This document shows positions 36,981 through 46,298 of a stretch of DNA of 64,000 nucleotides, in pieces. The DNA is taken from NCBI GenBank assembly GCA_964571855.1, contig CAZNDO010000017.1, forward strand, positions 8,393-72,392, in the 5' to 3' direction. The position numbers and the translations under genes are program-made. The notes under the pieces were generated by a model. That model made no database searches. It was not told the origin of the DNA and saw only the letters and a list, made by a program, of their open reading frames with translations. The DNA is from an uncultured Gemmatimonadota bacterium (GTDB lineage: Bacteria; ARS69). How positions within the stretch are numbered: position 1 is the first letter of the stretch; each line of letters opens with the position of its first letter.

Positions 36981-39047
36981 CTAACGCAGCAGGGTCATCT
37001 TCCGGAGCGAAGTGCCGTCGGCCGTGAGCAGCCGGTAGAAGTAGGTGCCGGCCGCGAGCCGCCGGCCGGCGTCGTCGCGACCGTCCCACGCGACACGGTG
37101 GCTGCCGGCCGGCCGCGCGCCCGCCACGAGCGTGCGCACCTTGCGCCCGGCCACATCGAAGATCGACAGCTCCGCCACGCCTTCGCGCGCGAGCTCGAAG
37201 AGGATGTCGGTGCCCGGCGAGAAGGGATTGGGCTCATTGCGGAGCCCCGCCGGCGGGCCGGCCGCCGTGACGGGCGCCGCCGTCGGGTCGGGGCCGTAGC
37301 CGAAGTCGAGAGCCGGCGCGATCTCCTCGCACGCCAGCGCGCGCGCGAAGATGTCCGGGGTCCCGGTGCCGTCCGGGTCGAACGTGGGCACGAGCCCCGC
37401 GGGCAGCGAAGCCGCGTCCACGCGCACCTCGTAGTCCCCGCCGAGCAACGCCGGGAACTGGTACGTGCCGCCCGTTCCCGTGGTCGTGGTGGCCACGACG
37501 AGCCCGAGGGCCGGGTCGAAGAGCCGCACGGTGACGCCGACCAGCCCCGCCTCGCCCCCGTCCGGCACGCCGTCGCCGTCCGCGTCGTTCCACACGCGCC
37601 CGGAGATCGCCGCGGTCTGGCGCGTGAACGCCCAGCGATCCGTGCGGAAGGTCACGTCGGCGCCGCTGAGGCTCACCACGGAGATCACGACGACGATCAG
37701 TTGCCCGTTCCCGCCGGCCGACACCGGCCGCGGATCGAAGATGCCGTTGCCGCCGAAGTGGAAGGAGTTGTCGTCGAAGAAGCTCGCGAGGGGGATGGTC
37801 ACGCGCTGCCAGCCGCCGCCCGCGATCGCGCCGGGGCCGGAAGGACCGACAACGAGGTTGTACTGGAACTCGTCGTCGCCGCCGTTCGGCGTCCCGGGGA
37901 TGGAGTTGTTCCCGTCGTCGTCGTCCTGCAGGTTGATCTCCAGGCGGTAGCTCTGCCCGGGGTCCGGGTTGATCCACAGCGTGAAGTGCGTGGCGTCGGA
38001 GACGTTCATGGGGTTGCCGCGGCCGAAGCCGCCGAAGAACCCCGGCGTGCCGCCGGAGCCCCAGCCGGTCTGGAGCGACACGTCGCAGCCCTGGAGAGGC
38101 GGCAGGTCCGTGAAGTTCGCGCCGATCCCGCCGCCGCCGACCGAGCCGCCGAACGAGAACCAGTTGTTGCCGAAGGGATTCCCGTGCTCCATCCCGTCGA
38201 AGAGCGTGGTGCACGCGCCGAGGTCCACGCCCGGCTCCTGGTACACGCGCACCCAGTCCACGATCAGGTGCTGCGGGAACACGGTGGTGCCGTCCGGCGG
38301 ACCCGGGAGGTTCCCGCCGACCGCCATGTTGAGCAGCAAGTGGAAGCGCTCGTCGAAGGGAGCCGGGTACGGCCCGCCCGTGGAGTACCAGTTCTTCTGC
38401 TCCGCGTACTGGAAGCCGTCCACGTACCAGCGGATCGAGCAGTCGTCCCACTCCAGCGCGAACACGTGGAAGTCGTCGTGGAAGGTGCCGGAGGGCAGCG
38501 TGTACGAGTTCGACGTGAACGTGTTCGCCGGGTACGTGCCGCCGTAGTGGAGCGTGCCGAAGACGTTCGCCGGCTGGTGGCCGAGGTACTCGAGGATGTC
38601 GATCTCGCCGCTCGCGGCCCAGGTTCCGTACACCGCATCGGTCGGGAGCATCCACAGTGCCGGCCACAGCCCCCGCCCGATGGGCATCTTCGCCCGCATC
38701 TCGATGCGCGCGTGCGTCCAGTCCCCGCGGTTCAGCGTGCGGAGCCGGGCGGACGTGTAGCTCGCCCCGCCGAAGTTCTCCTGCTTGGCCGTGATCGTGA
38801 GGAGGCCGCCACCCAGGGTGGCGTTCTCGGCGCGGTAGTACTGGAGCTCGTTGTTCCCCCAGCCGCACAGCGACGGGCAGCCCGTGCCGATCTGGGGCTC
38901 CCACTTGGACGTGTCGAGCTGCGTGCCGTCGAACTCGTCCGACCACACCAGCTCCCAGTCCGCCCGCGCGGGGGCGGCGGAAGCGAGGGCGAGGGCGGCG
39001 ACGGCGGCAGCGGGAACGACGAGCCGCGGTCCGAGGTGCAGGAACAT
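36981..39047 (-). CDS. GH16 endo-1,3(4)-beta-glucanase (laminarinase-type) with a Cna-B/SdrD-like domain and a FlgD-Ig/T9SS-like C-terminal domain
   Basis: GGAGG lies upstream of the ATG at 39047, and a signal peptide follows. The GH16 catalytic motif ExDxxE appears as GEIDILEY. The Cna-B-like segment is ISGRVWNDADGDGVPDGGEAGLVGVTVRLF. The C-terminal domain reads NEPNPFSPGTDILFEL..FDVAGRKVRTL..WDGRDDAGRRLAAGTYFYRL. Confidence 0.85.
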   Translation of the reverse strand: MFLHLGPRLVVPAAAVAALALASAAPARADWELVWSDEFDGTQLDTSKWEPQIGTGCPSLCGWGNNELQYYRAENATLGGGLLTITAKQENFGGASYTSARLRTLNRGDWTHARIEMRAKMPIGRGLWPALWMLPTDAVYGTWAASGEIDILEYLGHQPANVFGTLHYGGTYPANTFTSNSYTLPSGTFHDDFHVFALEWDDCSIRWYVDGFQYAEQKNWYSTGGPYPAPFDERFHLLLNMAVGGNLPGPPDGTTVFPQHLIVDWVRVYQEPGVDLGACTTLFDGMEHGNPFGNNWFSFGGSVGGGGIGANFTDLPPLQGCDVSLQTGWGSGGTPGFFGGFGRGNPMNVSDATHFTLWINPDPGQSYRLEINLQDDDDGNNSIPGTPNGGDDEFQYNLVVGPSGPGAIAGGGWQRVTIPLASFFDDNSFHFGGNGIFDPRPVSAGGNGQLIVVVISVVSLSGADVTFRTDRWAFTRQTAAISGRVWNDADGDGVPDGGEAGLVGVTVRLFDPALGLVVATTTTGTGGTYQFPALLGGDYEVRVDAASLPAGLVPTFDPDGTGTPDIFARALACEEIAPALDFGYGPDPTAAPVTAAGPPAGLRNEPNPFSPGTDILFELAREGVAELSIFDVAGRKVRTLVAGARPAGSHRVAWDGRDDAGRRLAAGTYFYRLLTADGTSLRKMTLLR

Positions 39048-39100
39048 GCGATGCCTCCGGCGGGCGGGCGAAGGTCCGGGGGAAGAACCGGGGGGATTAT

Positions 39101-39129
39101 ACACTTCGTGCGGCCTGCGAACAAAGTGT
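39101..39129. promoter_or_regulatory. Inverted-repeat operator ACTTCGTGCGG-N3-GCGAACAAAGT, about 55 bp upstream of the GH16 start. This is site C.
   Basis: Read directly. The right half-site is perfect. Confidence 0.4.
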
Positions 39130-39164
39130 CGCGAGGGAGCAGGCGGCGGCGAGCCGGGGCAAGG

Positions 39165-39992
39165 TCAACCCGGTCCCCCGCCGGCCCCTTTCCATGACTC
39201 ACCGGGAAGAAGCGGTGCGAGCCTCGTGAGGACGTACTCGGCGGCCGCTCCGGGATCCCAGGTCGTACCGGTGGCGAGCAGCGGTCCGATGTCCCCTTGG
39301 AACACGCGGTCCTCGAGCTTCTCGTGCAGGTTCCGCTCGAACTCCGCGCGAGAGACGCGCAGGCCGTCGTTTTCGAGGTACCGCAGGAAGCAACGGACGA
39401 GTCTTCCGGCGTCCACGTCGAGCGAGCGGGCCAGCGCCCAGAGGTCGAACAGGTCCCGGCCCTTCCTGCGTTGATACAGGGCACGCAGCTTCGTGCCAAG
39501 GAGCTCGTCGAGCTCGAAGGTGGTGACGTCGGCGCGCCCGCTCCACCAGCGACTGGGAACCTCGAATGGGCGGCGGGCGAGGCCCAGCACCGACATGTGT
39601 TCGCGGGAGTTGATCTCCACCTTGAGCCGCTTCGTCTGGACGGGCGCGATCTCGGTCAGGAAGCCGTAGTGGAGCGTGACGCGCCCGTGCCCCTGCTTCC
39701 AACGCGGCGTTCCGAGCCACGGATCGAGTCGTTCGTGGACTGCATCCAGGACCGCTCCGATGGGACCTGGCTCGACCTGGACGAGATCGATGTCCTCCGA
39801 GTACCGCGCCGGCGAGTCGAGGAAGAGCTTGTGCAGCGCGGTCCCGCCCCGGAAGGCGACCACCCGCTGCAGCACCTCGGCGGAGTACAGCTCGACGAGC
39901 GCTCGCGAAAGGACAAGATCCTGCTCGACGTGCTCGTCGAGCGCCCACGGTGCCCTCACGCGCCACTCGGTGATGAAGGCGCGTTGGATCAA
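39165..39992 (-). CDS. AbiEii/AbiGii-family nucleotidyltransferase toxin (type IV toxin-antitoxin)
   Basis: EQDLVLSRALVELYS..AFRGGTALHKLFLDSPARYSEDIDLV is the DUF1814/AbiEii signature. The likely start is the TTG at 39992, which overlaps the antitoxin stop (TTGA). Confidence 0.75.
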   Translation of the reverse strand: MIQRAFITEWRVRAPWALDEHVEQDLVLSRALVELYSAEVLQRVVAFRGGTALHKLFLDSPARYSEDIDLVQVEPGPIGAVLDAVHERLDPWLGTPRWKQGHGRVTLHYGFLTEIAPVQTKRLKVEINSREHMSVLGLARRPFEVPSRWWSGRADVTTFELDELLGTKLRALYQRRKGRDLFDLWALARSLDVDAGRLVRCFLRYLENDGLRVSRAEFERNLHEKLEDRVFQGDIGPLLATGTTWDPGAAAEYVLTRLAPLLPGESWKGAGGGPG

Positions 39993-40840
39993 CCGTCCAC
40001 CTCGACTCGCTCGTTGACGACCACGCGCCAGCGTCGATCGATGGGGCACCCCTTCCCCGGTCGACCCGGTCGGAGCACCGTGCTCCTGGGGGCCGCGCGC
40101 GCGACCAGCTCCGAAAGGGCCTTCGTCCGCTCACAGGCGCCGATGAGGTCGAGGACGTATCCGAGTCGCTGCGCGTGCACGAGTTCGCCATTCGCGGTGG
40201 CCGCCTCGGCGAGCCGACGGGCGTCGAGCCTCTCCGCAAGGTCCGCGAGGATCGTGGCCACGTTCCCGAGCCCCCCTGCCGAAGGCGCGTAGCGCAGGAG
40301 ATCGATCGCGGTCGCCTCCGGCGTGGAGACCCGCATGCTGCTGGTTTCGGTCTTCAGCCGCACGGTCGGAGTGCGCTCGAGATGGCGCTTGCCCAGGAAC
40401 CTGATCCGCGTTCTTCCCGCCACGACGACTCTGGCGGCCTGCTTCGTGACGACCTGGAACTCCTGAGGCTGCTGGTGTGCGGCGCCATACAAGCCCGCGG
40501 CGGACAGCCCCCCGACGTAGTAGCTCTTGCCGAGGTGGCGCATGAGGTCGTCGATGAACCAGGAGGGCGGCGGAGCTCCGGCGGACCGGTACTCCACAGG
40601 AACGATGACATAGAAGCCGCGCTTCGGGACGGCGAGCCGTCCCCGGGCGGACAGTCTCAGCACCGCCTTCTTGAGCATGACGGCGCTCGTTCCGAGCGCG
40701 GCGAGTGCGTCGGCGCGATCGAACGTGTAGCGCCCCGCAGCCTGCAGGTCGTCCACCCGTTCGCTCAGCGATCGGTATCCGGGCCGGCGACTCCGCACAG
40801 GCGCCTCCGCGAACGTCGGCGAACGCAGAACGTACCCCAT
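39989..40840 (-). CDS. AbiEi-family antitoxin / transcriptional regulator
   Basis: SLSERVDDLQAAGRYTFDRADALAALGTSAVMLKKAVLRLSARGRLAVPKRGFYVIVP matches the AbiEi N-terminal wHTH. The start is either the ATG at 40840 or the one at 40885. A TTGACA / GATCAT promoter-like pair sits upstream of 40840. Confidence 0.7.
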   Translation of the reverse strand: MGYVLRSPTFAEAPVRSRRPGYRSLSERVDDLQAAGRYTFDRADALAALGTSAVMLKKAVLRLSARGRLAVPKRGFYVIVPVEYRSAGAPPPSWFIDDLMRHLGKSYYVGGLSAAGLYGAAHQQPQEFQVVTKQAARVVVAGRTRIRFLGKRHLERTPTVRLKTETSSMRVSTPEATAIDLLRYAPSAGGLGNVATILADLAERLDARRLAEAATANGELVHAQRLGYVLDLIGACERTKALSELVARAAPRSTVLRPGRPGKGCPIDRRWRVVVNERVEVDG

Positions 40841-40989
40841 TTGGGGCCTTTCTGCAATCGATGTGGACACGTTCGTTGGCGGCATGATCCGGACTCCCCA
40901 AGTGTCAATCGAGTGATCCGCGGAGAACCTCGCGTTCGCGGAACGTCCCGCGACGCGGCCGTTCTTCTCGAACAGGATCGGGTCGGCCC

Positions 40990-41313
40990 CTAGACCGACA
41001 AGGCCCGTCTCGCCCGCCGCGGCCCGGCCCGCAGCAGCGCTTCCTTGTCCACCTTCCGCATCCGCTTGATCCGCGCCTCCAGCCGCAGCGCCGCTTCACG
41101 CGTGGGAACGCCGACGGTGAGCACGAGCTGCAGCGGTCCGCGGCCGCGCAGGTACTTCGCGCCGCGCGGGCTGCCGGACGCATGCTCGGCGACGCGTCGC
41201 GGCACGTCCTTGGCGATGCCCGTGTACAGGGAGCCGTCCCGGCAGCGGAGGATGTAGACGCTCCACCCGGTGCGCGGATGCTGCACGGGGCGGGAGCGCG
41301 CGGACGGCGGCAT
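40990..41313 (-). CDS. GIY-YIG nuclease superfamily protein (YhbQ/UPF0213-like)
   Basis: WSVYILRCRDGSLYTGIAKDVPRRVAEH..GAKYLRGRGPLQLV. Confidence 0.8.
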   Translation of the reverse strand: MPPSARSRPVQHPRTGWSVYILRCRDGSLYTGIAKDVPRRVAEHASGSPRGAKYLRGRGPLQLVLTVGVPTREAALRLEARIKRMRKVDKEALLRAGPRRARRALSV

Positions 41314-41414
41314 CCCGTGACCCTAGCAGGCCGTTCCGCTACGGGCTACGGCCCGGGCGGGAGCCCCGCCGCGCCCCCGGACGCGGCGGGGCCATGTGAG
41401 GCTGATTCGTACAA

Positions 41415-43769
41415 TCACCTCACAACGATCATCCGGCGCCCGACGCTCGCCCCCGCCCCTTCGAGTCGGTAGAAGTAGACGCCGTTCGAGACCGCCCGAC
41501 CGTCGTCCCCGGTGCCGTCCCATTGCACTTCGTGGCGACCCGCTGCCGTCCGCGCGTCGACCAACCGGCGCACCGCGCGCCCGGCCACGTCGTAGACAGT
41601 CAGCCGGGTCGTCGCGGCCGCGGGACTCGACCAGGCGATCACGGTCGAGGCGCGGAAGGGGTTGGGCCGGTTCTGCTCGAGGGTCAGCGCCGGCGCCGTG
41701 AACGCGCCGGCAACCGACGTCGGGTTGGAGGTCTCGACCGTCAGCACCGCGATCCCGCGGCCGATCACGCTCATCCAGAGCTCGTAGCCACCGGGGAGCG
41801 ACTTCACCTCCATGTCGACGAGCGGACCATCGGGGAAGTCCGTGAACGAACCCGGGGTCTGCGGGAAGACCTGGGCGATCGCGCCGTCCCACGAGAAGAG
41901 CCCCCGCCCCTCCGCGGGGAAGGCGCTGTCGTAGGTCATCCACACCTTTCCGTCCGGTGACACCTGTTCCGGGTAGACGTAGTCCCCCGGGAACGGCCAC
42001 CCCAGGTGGCTCTGCCACACTTCGTGCGTGCCGGTCGTCGGGTCGACGCGATAGAGCAACCCTCCGTTCGCGCCGGTCCCGGCTACCCAGCATGCGCCAT
42101 CCCCGGCCACCGCGAGGCCCTCGAAGAACGAGGTCAACTCCGGGAAGTCCTCGACCCCGCGCGAGAAGCTGTAGCTCCCGTCGGTCCGGAGGATCCTCCA
42201 TCCCTCGTTGGCCCACACGGTGCCCGGGCGCGACGGATCGACCTGCAGCCTGCCGCTCCACCCGCCGGTGTCGATCTGGTTGAACGCGCCCCCCTCGAAG
42301 ATCCCCAGGCCGCCGTAGTGCCCCATGCCCCACAGCCGCCCGAGCGAGTCCTCGACGTACGCCTCCATCTGGTCGAATCCGCCCGGGATCTCGTTCCAGG
42401 TCGTCCCGTCGTACTCGTGGGTGAATGTGTTGATCGGGTTGGCCACGACCTGGCCGTTCGAAGCCCGGACGTGGACGGCCTCGCTCTGCGGCGCGCCGGG
42501 CCAGGGCCACGGTTCCGTCAGCCCGTACCCCAGTTGATTGACGAAGCCGGTCCACCGCTCCCCGTCGAACCTCACCATTCCGCCCACACCGGGGGATGCG
42601 TTCGCGGTCGCGTACACGTCGCCGGTCGCGGCGTCGATCGCAAGGTCCTGGTTGAAGAGATCGAACTGGCTCGTGTTGGTGATGCGGTAGCGCTGCCAGG
42701 ATCCGGTGATCGCGTCGCGTCGCACCGCGCCTCCCGTGCCCTGCCCGCACAGCCAGATGTTGCCCTCGGCGTCGATGTCCAGGTCCTCGATGAAGCCGCT
42801 GTGCGGCACCGGCCCGAGGTCGGTCCACGCCGTGCCGTTGAACCGGTACAGGTTCCCGTATCCGTTCACGACGAGCGCCTGCAGGTTGCCGAATGCCCGC
42901 AGCGCGGCGATCCCGACCTGCGGGTGCATGGGCGGCAATGGGGGCGTGATCCAGGTCCCGTCCGGCCGGATGCAGTCGAGCGTCTCCTCGCCCTGGATGC
43001 CGATCCACCGTTGCATCCAGAGATTCCCCTTGTCGTCGACCGAATCGAGCGACACCAGATGCGACGGATTGCCGGAGGTCGCCGGGAAGCTGTCCCAGGT
43101 CTGCGTGATGCTGTTCCAGCGCTCCATGGGCGAGAAGCCCTCGCCGGACGCCCAGAGGTAGTACCCCCCGCCGGTCCTCGCCTGGGCCGCGATCTTGAGG
43201 CCGCCATGCCCGTCGATGTGGACCCAGGTGTCGGTGCCCGGGTCGTAGCGGGTCAAGCCGCCCCCGGCCCAGGCCGACCCGCTAGCGGAAATCCAGAGGG
43301 TGCCGTCCGGGGCAAGCGAGATGTCCTGCGTCACGCCTCCCGGCAATGCCGAGTTCCCCGGGCCGTACCTCACGAGCGAACCAGGGCCCGCGGCCAGGTT
43401 CATCCTGAGCACGCCGCGCCAGGTCCCCAGCCACAGATTCCCCTGGCCGTCTTCCACGATGTCGTTCACGCGCGCGACCCCGACCTCGTACTCGCTCCCG
43501 ATCACCGGGTAGTCGACGTTCGAGACGTTCATCCACCGGTTCTCCGCCTGGATGAACTTCGCGACCCCGCCCTCCTCCTGGAGCGCGTCATACCCGCCGA
43601 TCCACGGATCGCCGTCCGGCCCGATCCAGATCGCATGGTTGAAGTCCCCCTGGATCCCGGTATTCCCGGGGCGGTAGTAGCGCCAAGCGAAGGAATCGGC
43701 GGCGACCGACTGGGTGGCAGCCGTGACGAGTAGTGCAGCACAGGAAAACGCGCGGTACGGATCTCTCAT
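41415..43769 (-). CDS. Secreted beta-propeller protein (two-component-regulator-propeller / Reg_prop-like repeats) with a FlgD-Ig/T9SS-like C-terminal domain
   Basis: The signal peptide is MRDPYRAFSCAALLVTAATQSVAA. Repeated GNLWxGT-type blades are present. The C-terminal domain reads NRPNPFRASTVIAWSSP..LTVYDVAGRAVRRLV..WDGTGDDGRAVSNGVYFYRL. Confidence 0.75.
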   Translation of the reverse strand: MRDPYRAFSCAALLVTAATQSVAADSFAWRYYRPGNTGIQGDFNHAIWIGPDGDPWIGGYDALQEEGGVAKFIQAENRWMNVSNVDYPVIGSEYEVGVARVNDIVEDGQGNLWLGTWRGVLRMNLAAGPGSLVRYGPGNSALPGGVTQDISLAPDGTLWISASGSAWAGGGLTRYDPGTDTWVHIDGHGGLKIAAQARTGGGYYLWASGEGFSPMERWNSITQTWDSFPATSGNPSHLVSLDSVDDKGNLWMQRWIGIQGEETLDCIRPDGTWITPPLPPMHPQVGIAALRAFGNLQALVVNGYGNLYRFNGTAWTDLGPVPHSGFIEDLDIDAEGNIWLCGQGTGGAVRRDAITGSWQRYRITNTSQFDLFNQDLAIDAATGDVYATANASPGVGGMVRFDGERWTGFVNQLGYGLTEPWPWPGAPQSEAVHVRASNGQVVANPINTFTHEYDGTTWNEIPGGFDQMEAYVEDSLGRLWGMGHYGGLGIFEGGAFNQIDTGGWSGRLQVDPSRPGTVWANEGWRILRTDGSYSFSRGVEDFPELTSFFEGLAVAGDGACWVAGTGANGGLLYRVDPTTGTHEVWQSHLGWPFPGDYVYPEQVSPDGKVWMTYDSAFPAEGRGLFSWDGAIAQVFPQTPGSFTDFPDGPLVDMEVKSLPGGYELWMSVIGRGIAVLTVETSNPTSVAGAFTAPALTLEQNRPNPFRASTVIAWSSPAAATTRLTVYDVAGRAVRRLVDARTAAGRHEVQWDGTGDDGRAVSNGVYFYRLEGAGASVGRRMIVVR

Positions 43770-43967
43770 CGTGTCTTCCCCGTCACTCGAGCTGGGTGGA
43801 ATGCCAGCCAACGCCGGGAGTGCGCCGACGCCTGACGGCAACGCCCGGGGTGATCACTCCTGGACCCGTGCACAGCGCCGCACAATACCTGATGGATGGA
43901 TCCGGAACTACGGACGGCGGCGCGACGGCGGAGATACCGGGCAGGGAAGGCAGCCTGTCATGCGGTG

Positions 43968-44678
43968 TCAGCGATACAGCGCCTTGACACGACCCCATCG
44001 CGCCACCGCCACCGCCTCCCCGGCGCCCGTGGCTGCTCCCTGCCGGAACCGGTAGTAGGTGACCTCGGCCCGCGCATTCGCCGCCCCCGTCACGTCGCCG
44101 ATGTGGATTCGGTTCAGGCCAAGCGCAAGCCCCGTGGGGTCCGAGGAGATCAGGGCGCCGTCCACGAAGTACTCGAGCGTGGAGGGCGGGGTCCACTCCA
44201 TCCGGTAGTCGTGGAACTGGGTGTTGTCGTACGCGGTGGTGAGAACCGTGCCCACGACGTTCCGGATCGCACCGGGCAAGATCCCCAGCTGCCAGAGCGA
44301 GACCCCGTCCCCGAATCCAACCGCGAAGCCACCGCCGATGAACGCGCCTCCGTCGTGCTCCGACTCCAGGACCCGTGCCCGGAACTCGATGACGAGAGGC
44401 TCGGATGGGGACACACTCCCGCCCCGCGCGTAGAACGAGGTGGTCCCGCCGGCCGCACCGAGTTCATAGGGCATGGTGTCCACCGAGAGGACGCCCCCGG
44501 CAGCGCTCCACGTGGGAGACTCCGCGGCCGGCACGCCCGAAGTGGAGTAGGTCCAACCTTGCGCCGACGGCAGGGACGCGAAGTCGAGGCTGACATCCGT
44601 GGCGTGCGCCTGACCGGACAGCAGGGTGAGGGCGAGCAGCGCACCGGCGACTGCGCCGCCCGGTTGATGGGAATTCAA
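43968..44678 (-). CDS. Secreted hypothetical protein (concanavalin/LamG-like beta-sandwich suspected)
   Basis: AGGAG lies 8 nt upstream of the TTG at 44678. The signal peptide is NSHQPGGAVAGALLALTLLSGQAHA. No family was recognised. Confidence 0.5.
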   Translation of the reverse strand: MNSHQPGGAVAGALLALTLLSGQAHATDVSLDFASLPSAQGWTYSTSGVPAAESPTWSAAGGVLSVDTMPYELGAAGGTTSFYARGGSVSPSEPLVIEFRARVLESEHDGGAFIGGGFAVGFGDGVSLWQLGILPGAIRNVVGTVLTTAYDNTQFHDYRMEWTPPSTLEYFVDGALISSDPTGLALGLNRIHIGDVTGAANARAEVTYYRFRQGAATGAGEAVAVARWGRVKALYR

Positions 44679-44906
44679 GGTCCAGCTCCTGGACACTGGG
44701 AACGGCTAGAGGATCCCTGGGATCAGGGACCGGCAAGTCTGCGATGGCGAGCCCTGCCGGATCAAGGGAGGTGGCGTGGCGGCATGGTCGTCACCGCAGC
44801 CGGCCGTTCCGCCACGCCCGCCTCGGCGGCGGAGGTTGTACGCGCTCCAGGCGGTGCGCGGGCGCTCCCCTGAGCGCGCGTGGGAGCCGGATCTCGGCAT
44901 CGGCTA

Positions 44907-46298
44907 CTAGCCGCCCGACCTATCGCCGGCTCGCTCGAACCGCACGATCGTGGCGAACCACTCGTCCTGATACTCCCCCAGGAACCTCTGCCGATCCTCG
45001 GGCGGCCACGACCGCAAGATCCCTCGCATCGAGTCCGAGATGGCGTGGGACAGCGGTCGCAGCTCGCGGTCGAAGGTCACGACCACGGGTGCCGCGTTCG
45101 CGTCCACGATGGCCTGGATCCGCGTGGAGTCACCCGCACCGGTCACGATGAAGCTCGCAATCCGAAGCCGCTCGATCTCGAGAAGGTCCATGAAGCGCTG
45201 CTCGAACCGGGGGAGGACGACACGTACGAGGGAGGAGTCCGGCACCGGCGAGTCCGCGCCGACCAACGAGTCCACGGATGCGCCCGAGAAGTGGCGTTCG
45301 TCCAGCAGGAAGATCGTGGCGCCCTGATACGCTTTGCCGTTGTTCGTGCCGGCGGCGATCACCTCATCCTTGCCGTCGGCGTCGAGATCGAACGACTGGA
45401 CGTCGTAGATCACGCCCCAGTTGTAGTAGGCCCCCAGGATCGTCCCGTCCTCACGGTACGCGGTCAACGACGACGGGAACCACATGCTGTGGAGGCGCAA
45501 CGCGACGACTTCCGGGCTGCCGTCGCCGTCGAGATCGGCGGTGTGGAAGCGCGACACCGTCATGGATCCGGGGACGCCCATCTCCTTCCCGAAGATCCGA
45601 CGGGTTGCGCCCGAGTCCGCGGCGCGCTTCCAGATCGACTCTCCGGTCAGGAAGTCCCGCGCGTGGACGACGCCGCCTTCGGGGCCATCCCCCTTCAGCC
45701 CGTAAAGCAGTGTGCGGCGGCCCGTCCACGGTGCTTCCCCGAAGACCTCGACGGTGGCGTCGTGCGCCTCGGACCAGAGCGTGCCGAACGGCGGCGCTTG
45801 TACGGAGATCGTGCGACCACTGGTGACCACGTACGCCATGCGCCCGCGCATCGCCGGCAGGAGGAGAAGCACGGCGACAGCCACGGCCAGGAGCATCGCA
45901 AGCAAGAGGAGCCACCACGGCCACCGGCCGCGCCCCTCGGGCACGAAGAGCTCCCCTTCGGGACGCTGACGACTCACGCGACCCCTCAGGGTCTCCCTTG
46001 CCCACTCCAGATCCCGCGAGCAGTCGCCACAGAGGCCCAGGTGGGCCGCCTCGCCCGGTGTTGGCACGCGCCCTTCGGCCATCGCCGCCACGGCGTCGGA
46101 CGAGAGGTGGCGGAGATTGGCCGCCAGCACGAGCGACCGCTGGTCCCTGGTCCAGGCCAGGAGCCTCGCGCAGTCACCGCAGCCGGCCACGTGAGTCTCC
46201 AGCTCCGTGGCCTGGTCCGCCGCAAGCTCACCCTCGAGGTAATCGAGGATCACACCGTCGCAGTGCAACCGCTCGGGAGGCCCGGGGTCAGGAGGCAA
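44907..46298 (-). CDS. Anti-sigma factor with a zf-HC2 domain, one TM helix and an FG-GAP/VCBS-like periplasmic domain
   Basis: CDGVILDYLEGELAADQATELETHVAGCGDCARLL is the zf-HC2 motif. The TM helix is WWLLLLAMLLAVAVAVLLLL, and the periplasmic part contains DLDGDGSPEV and DLDADGKDEV. It overlaps the upstream sigma gene. Confidence 0.7.
   Translation of the reverse strand: MPPDPGPPERLHCDGVILDYLEGELAADQATELETHVAGCGDCARLLAWTRDQRSLVLAANLRHLSSDAVAAMAEGRVPTPGEAAHLGLCGDCSRDLEWARETLRGRVSRQRPEGELFVPEGRGRWPWWLLLLAMLLAVAVAVLLLLPAMRGRMAYVVTSGRTISVQAPPFGTLWSEAHDATVEVFGEAPWTGRRTLLYGLKGDGPEGGVVHARDFLTGESIWKRAADSGATRRIFGKEMGVPGSMTVSRFHTADLDGDGSPEVVALRLHSMWFPSSLTAYREDGTILGAYYNWGVIYDVQSFDLDADGKDEVIAAGTNNGKAYQGATIFLLDERHFSGASVDSLVGADSPVPDSSLVRVVLPRFEQRFMDLLEIERLRIASFIVTGAGDSTRIQAIVDANAAPVVVTFDRELRPLSHAISDSMRGILRSWPPEDRQRFLGEYQDEWFATIVRFERAGDRSGG

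Noticed and set aside
40131-40901. An alternative 256-aa minus ORF over the AbiEi gene
   Set aside because: It is in a different frame with an R-rich translation. The AbiEi frame carries the conserved wHTH motif.
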